Positions 55,781 to 64,000 of a stretch of 64,000 bases of DNA are shown here, piece by piece. Position 1 is the stretch's first letter. Every line of letters starts with the position of its first letter. The notes under the pieces were generated by a model. It did no database searches. It worked only from the letters and a program-made list of their open reading frames with translations, and had not been told where the DNA came from. Position numbers and translations under genes: made by a program. Source of the stretch: Lingula anatina (taxonomy: Eukaryota; Animalia; Brachiopoda); NCBI GenBank assembly GCA_051362555.1, contig CM120648.1, positions 7,436,587 through 7,500,586 of the forward strand. The letters run 5' to 3'.

Positions 55781-56195
55781 CAATGGTGGGCACTCATTTC
55801 ATCAGTGACTTTTGTCACTCCGTAATCTACCGGCAGTGTTACCGATAAGTGTTTGACTTAGAAGTCATAAATGACAAAAAAGTCATTGAGACAAAATATT
55901 TAAAGATTCCCTTTTTTCTAAGAGCAGAAAATTATTTTTGTATTAGATGAATCCTTGAATATGATCTGTTTTAACAACTATATTTTCATAGATATATCTA
56001 CGGTATTTACTTAGCTGCACTGCTGTAAATTTTTGGTGTAGGCTTACATTCAGTTTTCAACCCGGTGAGACAGGAATGGTAGTCCGCTAGAAACCGTGAT
56101 CTGTTCCTCATTATTTTCTACAGGTGACATTGGTCCCATATACTAACCCCAATACTCCGACTTACCATAACCTGTACTAATCATATGGGACCCTG

Positions 56196-56329
56196 GGCTC
56201 CGTTACTCGAAAGCATCGCGAATTGCAAATAGCGATATCACCTTTTGGGGCGAGTAAATCTGGAGTTATGGAATAGAGACGCTTGCGCTCGGTCGCAATT
56301 CGCGATGCTTTACGGAGCGTTACGGAGCC
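56196..56329. mobile_element. CpG-rich palindromic MITE downstream of SRM
   Basis: GGCTCCGT..AAAGCATCGCGAATTGC ... GCAATTCGCGATGCTTT..ACGGAGCC. Confidence 0.65.
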
Positions 56330-56669
56330 GTGGACTTCCATTTCGAGGATTACCATTCCTGTCACACTGGCAAAGGAAGTCTCAATATGGTAGTTCCATT
56401 GAAACAAGGTCAGAGATTTGGTTGTCTGGAAACTCTCGAGTGGTTCTGGTAGCCTGTTTGAGTTCTATATTGGCAGAGATATTCTGGAAAAAGTCACGAC
56501 ATTCCTGTTGCTCAAACAGATGTATTTGTAACCGGGATGATCTCGCACAAATCAGTTTTGCATTTGTTATTTGTTTTCAAATAAATATGTTAGAAAGTTG
56601 AGAGTCGGGTCTTTATTTTGTAAGAATCGTCGTGGAACATTATTGATTTGTAATTGGGAGCGGATGCTG

Positions 56670-56702
<33 letters not shown>

Positions 56703-56792
56703 AGTTGGCAAATTTGTCAAAATTTATTCACATAGTTGCACTAAATTTACAGCACAAATTGTTTTTCACTGTCGGAATGGAATGTGAATATT

Positions 56793-57352
56793 TCACCGTA
56801 TCTTCATATCAAAGCCGCGTGACGTAGAAAATTCCAGAAACTCTTTAAAATGCTCCATTACTTCTTCCCTTGTCAACTTAAAACGCTCTGAATCGTACTT
56901 GTGTCGGCCAAACTTATTTTGCGGGTGTTCCTCCACGTAAGCACTCATCTTGGCTTCCCCAAGCGCCGTCAACGTCAACCCGAAGAAGTTGTAAATCTTC
57001 CTCACCACATTCATGGGCGATACAACAATGTCTTCATAATTAATATCGCAGAATCGGTACTCCTCTTCCGGGTGGGCCTTCCTAAACCTCACCATCTCGT
57101 TTCCACCGTTGATCAGGGGGAATCTCAGAGCGTCTTGGCCTAAACGACTTAGGTGTAAATCGATGTCCGCTGCGGTATATCCACGAGAATATACAGCGAA
57201 CTTACACATGGAAGAGAAAGACGCCGTTGACGCTCTGGGATCACGGTACGTGTAGATGAAAAGAGCGTCGGGATAGACCTTGAGGAATGTCTCCAGATTC
57301 ATGGCATGCAAGGAATCTCTGAGTATGAGCTGTTGGTTTTGTTCCTTAAGGC
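56793..57352 (-). CDS. Sulfotransferase A exon 4
   Basis: attAG|GC LKEQNQQLILRDSLHAMNLE...GFDMKIR-TGA. Confidence 0.9.
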
Positions 57353-60300
57353 CTAATTATAAAATTCAGATTGTTTTATATCGTGTCAGTGATAAACAAA
57401 ACCTGCTTATTATTCACGTGATTTATGGGTGATTTATACCAACTGATGAAAAAACCATACAATGAAAAAAGACGTTAAATATTTAAATAATGTATATATT
57501 GATACATTTTTGACAAAGCCAAATGAAAAAAGTAGGATGTTGATCCTGTGGCTATAGAAATGTGAAGGGAATGAATAACCTCACCCTTACCCCTGTCCTG
57601 AAGGATAAGCTGTATTTGCAATTTATGGAAATGATAGGCTTCCAGCATTTGATCTTTGGTTAGTGTTCGGAGCCATTCGTCGTATTCCTGGGAATTCTTG
57701 GTGTGAAAACGGTAGGTTTTGAAGATCCCCATGTTTTCCATGAGGGGAAAACAACTATACGGACCCTCAGCATGGACGCTGTGTACCGCTTTTAATTTGG
57801 GATTGGCTCTGTACCTTGAAGCTTAAACACAAGAAATGTAGACCGCTATTACAGGTCCAAATGAGACGATGTTCGGCCTAAGTAAGAAAGGGTTTTTATA
57901 TTCTTCTGTTTGTATCACAGGTGTATAGCGACAGAGAGCCCCCACCCCCCATGATAGAGAGTCCACTTCCCATTGATTTGTACAGGTAAGCCTTGCCCTA
58001 GATTTTGAGCTACTTACCATTATAGCTAAATGGAGGGCCATTTGATTCTCTGTTACCCTGTGATGAAACCTCAAGAATGATTACATTGCTGGTTATTGTT
58101 TGCATAACTGCTCAGGCGCTGCCACTTAACATGCCTAAGCGAAGTCCCCTTGACAGCAACCAAGACAGTTGATTGGTCTGATTTTAATACCTTACTCTTT
58201 TGTGCCAGATAAAGAAGCCCCTTCTGAATTGCTTGCTACTTCAGAATGAAGTTAACTGAGGAATCTCCTGTAGCAGCTCCCTACACAGCGGGTACAATGC
58301 CATCTGCGCGCGTGCAGATTTGATTGCTTCCATCTAGCCAAAAGTTACAGGGTGGCTTTTTGGAAAATTTGCCTATAGTATCTGCCACCCTGGTAGAGAG
58401 TAGGTGGGGGTATCCTCTACAAGGGACATATGTTGAAATTTCACTAGATATTCCCAGATATGTCTGTGGCTAATGCAAGTTATTTTTTCTACTGTCTGAA
58501 GAGAATTTGTGCATGGCATTACTTTGCAAGATATAGCCAGATATAGACGGAGCGGTTAATAGCGTCAAATTGCACTCACTTTTTAAGTTCTACTCACCGG
58601 TTTGTCGATATATATATTTTTTTTTATATTAATGATTAATGTAATATTGCCAATTGTCTTACCTAATGCACCGCTTTCGGTTAGAAGCCGCGTGTCAATG
58701 CCTTCATTTGTGATTTCTACCACTGGGTGCATCGTCTCATAATATCTTGGAGAAGTGTTATGAGGATCCTCGTTTAGAAGATTCAATAGAAAGGATGTTC
58801 CAGAACGACACGGTCCTATTATGAAGATGGGTTTCTTGATCTGACTCTGAAATTTGACGCCAACTGGGAAATATACAGACACCAAACATCATTGCAACAA
58901 TGTTTACAAAGTGGGCAGCAAAGCTGTTAAATGGACAGACATAGTAGTTTAATACACACATACCTTGACATACTAGTCAAAACTGACTGACTCAGTGACA
59001 TAAGTAATGACCCCAGATCCACACCTTGAAAGTGCTGACTGATTTGTGAAAAGTACGAAATTCACACACGCACACGCACGCACACACACACACACACAAA
59101 CACACACACATAAACCAAAAACAAGAACAATAAAAATATAAATCAGGTGCGTTTTAGGGTTGAAAACTGATAGATCGATTTCAAACATATTTCCCTCACA
59201 TGAACAGCCAACAGAACTGTTATTGACGCCATTACATTTTCTTGAAAGGTTTACTTCATATTTTGTCTGTAACAAGGCATATGCCTTTATCTAACGAAAC
59301 ATTATTAGGGGCCAAATCTACCAGAGAAAACAAAAGATTGTGGTCCACACCCCAGTCGTCATACATGCATGCAACGATGATGGTATCTCGATCGACAAAC
59401 AACGAATAAGAATTACGAATAACGTGTCCGAACTTCGTTGTTTCAGAAATTACGATCGATGTAACAATACGAAAACAACAGAAGACATGTCGCTAGAGTG
59501 CTTAGAGTAAAATGACATGCAGGATGAAGAAAAATCTTGCTCAGTTCAGAGTGATTTTATCACCAGTTTCATTTTAAATAATCCGTCCTGGTTTTTACAC
59601 AAAAGAAACGTGAAAACATATTGTATCCACCCCGGCCATTTAAAGCGGTGTGTCATGCTTGCAAACCAAGAAGAAAGCAGTAATATGTGTTAACCATTAA
59701 TATGTCATACTTCTATCATCTGAAAGAGACAGAATGACACATATAGTCTAGGTTGTCATACGGGTTTATGATGGTAATTATTTGTATAAAGCTTACCACC
59801 TGTGTCAACATACCAGCATAAAAATGCATGTAGGTTTTTTTACAGTGTCCCCCAAGACCTAAACGTCCTGCCAATATATGAACGTTAACAAAATATGATG
59901 CGCATCCTACTGATAATTACTAAATAATTTAAACTTTTTAAAAATTTATTTTCCAAAAGAAGGGGTGGGGGTAGAAATGGTCATTTCAAGTTTAAAAGAC
60001 AAATCTGAGAAATATGATATCTTGGAAGGTATATTTTTAATGACAGATTTTTAGTATGGCACCGGACATTTGCACGGCCTCATATTTAGCGAGTGTAACA
60101 TTCAAGTCGTTCTCAAACCACTCTCTTGTTCTTCATAGCCCAATTACAGTAATTTCTTACTTCACTTATACATAAGCTAAATATGTTTTGAAATAAATAG
60201 TTGGTGAATATGCAAACTCTAGTTTTACTTTGTTTCATTCTTGCTTATCAATATTACCTTTTTGGCACACCGAAACCCACTAATAACTCAACTTTAAAAC

Positions 60301-60719
60301 CTTTCCATGAAAATATTTTTGAAATGGCTCCAATTCAAAGAACTCTTCTCAATTAACGTGCATGCGTTAAAATATTCTACACGTACCTTTGATACATCAA
60401 CAACCGCCAATCGTCGGGATACAAAAAGTCTGTTTTGAAGAATTTCGGTCCATCTTTTTTCTATGGACAATCTCCCCGCCACAGACAATTTTTCATCTTC
60501 ACGGAAACCCTTCAAAAGTATGGAAAATCCTTCGTACCACCATCTTCGAGTGAGGCTTTCTGACAGAATAAGTCGTCGCTCCTCTAAGGTGAATTTACTC
60601 CACAGACTTTCCTCTGTGAGAGGACTCAGTCGACTTCGGAGCACAATGCGGAATAACCAGTCAAGTAAGACACGCAAGCATGGAAGGCAGAACTCGTATA
60701 TCACTTGAAGAACTGCCAT
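56793..60719 (-). CDS. Sulfotransferase copy A (Sulfotransfer_3/Stf-like), 4 exons, 437 aa
   Basis: Exons 60387-60719, 58663-58846, 57585-57821 and 56793-57352 (1314 nt, phases 0/1/1). 5'-PSB motif PIFIIGPCRSGTSFLLNLLNEDP, 3'-PB motif YRDPRASTAS, YEDIV and C-terminal HPQNKFGRHKY. Confidence 0.9.
57585..57821 (-). CDS. Sulfotransferase A exon 3
   Basis: tttaAG|CT SRYRANPKLKAVH...QDRGK G|GTGAGG; an alternative donor lies 6 nt earlier. Confidence 0.85.
58663..58846 (-). CDS. Sulfotransferase A exon 2 (PAPS-binding loop)
   Basis: tttcAG|SQIKKPIFIIGPCRSGTS...GAL G|GTAAGA; 184 nt, same as copy B. Confidence 0.9.
60387..60719 (-). CDS. Sulfotransferase A exon 1
   Basis: MAVLQVIYEF...VDVSK|GTACGT; 333 nt, same length as copy B. 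Confidence 0.88.
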
Positions 60720-61178
60720 ATTGACTTGACATGTAAAAAACGCCACATACAGTTCTAATAATGGACCTTGGAATCTGACTTTCTGCGGCCACTTGGTCTT
60801 CAATCGCCGAATTCTTCATGCAATACTCTCCGCCAAATTAGCTCTCACCTAACTCATGACATCCACAGTACACAGCTACCAGTATATGTAACAAATATTT
60901 CTGAACATGAAAAAAAAAAAATATTATGGTTTTATGCATGAGTTTTGGTTACATTGCGCATACTCCTGTATATTTTCGTCACAATAAGAGGACATACATG
61001 TATGATTTCATGAGATCACCCGAGTTTCTCAGAATGGCTTTTACAGTTTAGCTAACGCATTTTTGTAAAGGAAGCACCTCTAACACATCTTATCCAATGA
61101 ATTAACCATCATCCCGTATTTAGATTTGTGAATTTGTCGTTTTGCATTATCATTATACATAAGCGGGAAAAGAAATTT

Positions 61179-61179
<1 letters not shown>

Positions 61180-61225
<46 letters not shown>
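61180..61225. repeat. (CT)n microsatellite between the sulfotransferases
   Basis: Direct reading. Confidence 0.9.
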
Positions 61226-61228
<3 letters not shown>

Positions 61229-61521
61229 CCTCCTTCTCTCTCTCGTTCAATATCCAGGTTGTAACCAGTGTTTTCAGTTTTTCCTGGAAAAAATGTACCT
61301 TTTTACCTTTCCAGTTGACCCAACTGGAGAAATGACATAGAACACTAATCAAATTTTGATTTCTGATCTCAAACGGACCATTTCCAGCCAAAATGTTTTT
61401 TCGAACCAAATTTCTACACGTTTTTATCATTTTTAGATGGGCGATTATAATTGAATATACATATCAAATTTAATATGTTAGGCAGTGATTATGTCATGGT
61501 CATCGTCATTTCATAATATCG

Positions 61522-62063
61522 CTAAAGAAGACCACGGGCTTTGGAAAACTCTACAAACTCTTTGTGTTGTTCCATGACATCTTCCTCTGTCAATTTATAA
61601 CGCTTTAGAGCATACTTGTGGCGGCCATATTTGTTTTGCGGGTGTTTCTCTACGTAAGCCGTCATCTTGGCTACCCCTAGCGCCGTCAACGTCAAGCCGA
61701 AGAAACTGTAAATCTTCCTCACCACATTCAAAGGGGATTCAACAATATCTTCATACTTTATATCGCAGAATCGGTACTCCTCCTCCGGGTGACCTTTCCT
61801 AAACCTCGCCATCTCGTTTCCACCGTGGACCTGAGAGGAACGCAGAATATCCTGACCGAGACGTGCCAAGTCTATGTTCTCTGGACTATACCCCAGGGTT
61901 ACCATAAAAACCTCACACAAGGAGCCTAGCGACGCGGTGGACGCACAGGGGTCACGATACGTCTGGATGAAGAGAGCGTCCGGATAGGCCTCAAGTATGG
62001 CCTCCAGGTTCATAGCATGTGAGGCCTCCTTGAACACGAGTTGTTGTTCATGATCCATGTAGT
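61522..62063 (-). CDS. Sulfotransferase B exon 4
   Basis: tttcAG|AC YMDHEQQLVFKEASH...ARGLL-TAG. Confidence 0.9.
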
Positions 62064-63957
62064 CTGAAATTAAATGTGGCTGCCATCTAACAATTGGGCA
62101 AGTTATTCACAACATAATTATATATTATATAATCATTGTATGCAAACAGTAACATTTGAAGTAGCATCGAAAGCCAGCAGTCTATCATATATCTGATATA
62201 AATTACTATTTTTATTCATCACATAATCATATATCTACGTCGCACTAATGTATTTTTTATGAAATATCGTACTGTTCATAATACCGTTGCCCCTAGCCAG
62301 AAGGATAAGTTGCATTTGCAATTTATGGAAACGGTAAGCCTCCACCATTTGATCCTTGGAAAGAGTTCTTAGCCATTCTTGGTATTCTCTGAACCTAATG
62401 TTCTTCATCCATCCTATGTTTTCCATCAGACAGTAGCATTCATACGGGCCTTCAGCATTGATGTAGTGCATCGCTTTCAATTCCGGTACGTTGCCATACA
62501 TCGCGGCTGAAACATTCGAAAATGGGCACATTTGACCTTGAAGGCGATTTTTAGGTCAAGTAAAAATGAGGAAGATCATGATAGTACATAATAATGGCAA
62601 TGATAAACGTAACACACAAGTTTAATCATGATTTGAATTAATGTTTTATTTGAAGTCGACATCGTTGTTTATGTCAACTGCCTTTTTTTAAAGATTTATT
62701 TTCAAATCGTAATGCCACATTATATTTTACGTAGTTTCAGTCAAAGTCACAAGCTATATATAAGAGCAAGGCCTACGATCTCTGTCTGCCTTTATCTCTG
62801 GCTGATTTAATTTGCCCACTGACCTATTCACAAAAATAAATTAAATATACCCTGATACATTTTCCGCTTTCGTTGTGGAACATTTGCTTAGCAAAAACGT
62901 CACGTGTGGATCACGTGGCTAGCACGTTGCTACCATATGATTATTATAACGTCATAGCGACGGGTTAACCACGTGGTACCAACGTGACGTGTTTGCTGGG
63001 TGGCAACGCTTATAATAACATAAAAATATACACCTGTACCTAGTGCACGAATTTCGGTCAGAATCCCCTTTTTACTGTCATTTACGGTAACGTTCCCTAC
63101 AGGATGCATCGTCTCGTAATATCTCGGAGAAGTGTTATGCGGATCCTCGTTTAGAAGATTCAGAAGAAACGTCGTTCCGGACCGACAAGGTCCTATTATG
63201 AAAATGGGTCTCTTGATATGACACTGAAACGATGAAAGATAGCTTTGGTCGTCACAAACAGATGTATACAGGGGGGTGATCGTGATATTTTTTTTAGCCT
63301 TTCAAATCATCTTTGTTGATCCATCCACCATTTTGACCGTCTTCTGACCGAAAAAATTACGTCAAAGTTTTAATCTTTGCTTTTCTTTGTATCCTATTTA
63401 AAATGTAGCGCGGGTGTTGTAAAGAAGTAAAAAAGAATTTGAATTTTTTAAAAATGGCCAACTTAGCGTGTTACAAAAAAGTAAATAAGGCTAAATCATT
63501 ACACTAAAAAGCTAAAAAACTATTAATTTTTAATAACGTACATCTCCTTAACTGGTACTAGAATGATATGAAAAGTGCATGGCTAACACCACCCGAGATA
63601 AAATATTCGCACCACCATATGTACCTTGGATATATCAACAGTCGCCAGTCGTCGAGATATAGAAAGTCTGTTTTGAAGAATTTCAGTCCATCTTTTTTCT
63701 ATGGATAATCTCCCCGCCACAGACAATTTTTCATCTTCACGGTAACCCTTCAAAAGTATGGAAAATCCTTCGTACCACCATCTTCGAGTAAGATTTTCTG
63801 AAAATATGAGTAGTCGCTCCTCTAAGGTGAATTTACTCCACAGACTTTCCTCTGTGAGAGGACTCAGTCTACTTCGGAGCACAATGCGGTACACCCAGTC
63901 AAGTAAGATACGCAAGTATGGAAGGCAAAACTCGAATACATTTTGGAAAACTTCCAT
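61522..63957 (-). CDS. Sulfotransferase copy B (Sulfotransfer_3/Stf-like), 4 exons, 426 aa
   Basis: Exons 63625-63957, 63040-63223, 62285-62506 and 61522-62063 (1281 nt). Motifs PIFIIGPCRSGTTFLLNLLNEDP, GPYEC, LVFKEASH, YRDPCASTAS, HPQNKYGRHKY. Intron positions match copy A. Confidence 0.9.
62285..62506 (-). CDS. Sulfotransferase B exon 3
   Basis: tttcAG|CC AMYGNVPELKAMH...ARGN G|GTATTA; 222 nt. Confidence 0.87.
62887..63000. mobile_element. 114-bp EnSpm/CACTA-like MITE in sulfotransferase B intron 2
   Basis: cttAGCAAAAACGTCACGT...ACGTGACGTGTTTGCTGGG; 2-bp TSD TG/TG. Confidence 0.65.
63040..63223 (-). CDS. Sulfotransferase B exon 2
   Basis: tttcAG|CHIKRPIFIIGPCRSGTT...RAL G|GTACAG; absent from the ORF track, found by homology to copy A. 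Confidence 0.9.
63625..63957 (-). CDS. Sulfotransferase B exon 1
   Basis: MEVFQNVFEF...VDISK|GTACAT; 333 nt. Confidence 0.88.
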
Positions 63958-64000
63958 ATTTTGATAGACAACGAGATATGTTGATGGATGTGCTCAGTGT

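Noticed and set aside
58348-58392. CAGGGTGGC...GCCACCCTG 9-bp inverted repeat
   Set aside because: Too short and no clear TSD.
60720-60803. In-frame upstream extension of sulfotransferase A from a TTG
   Set aside because: Non-ATG start; the ATG at 60719 aligns with the start of copy B.
56901-63964. Plus-strand ORFs 56901-57143, 60463-60708 and 63758-63964
   Set aside because: Antisense shadows of sulfotransferase exons.

Overview
AT-rich, microsatellite-laden animal genomic DNA with spliced genes; an invertebrate, plausibly a deuterostome such as an echinoderm (inference only). Most ORFs in the supplied track are noise. Four genes are supported by splice-aware reading. (1) The 5' part of a Prdm3/16 (MECOM/Evi1/PRDM16-like) gene on the minus strand: a 37-nt first coding exon (41799-41835), a 31.6-kb intron 1, a PR/SET-domain exon 2 (9806-10152), and an intron 2 running off the left edge. 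(2) A complete spermidine synthase (SRM) with 8 coding exons on the plus strand (52545-55780, 300 aa), head-to-head with Prdm3/16. (3-4) Two complete tandem 4-exon sulfotransferases on the minus strand (56793-60719, 437 aa; 61522-63957, 426 aa) resembling the bacterial-type Sulfotransfer_3/Stf family, with uneven divergence and motif substitutions between copies. The Prdm introns carry candidate regulatory clusters (nuclear-receptor direct repeats, EVI1-type GACAAGATA sites, E-box cluster) and recent tandem duplications. The intergenic region is rich in palindromic MITEs (Harbinger-like, hAT5-like), with an EnSpm-like MITE in a sulfotransferase intron. No rRNA, tRNA or CRISPR array was seen.
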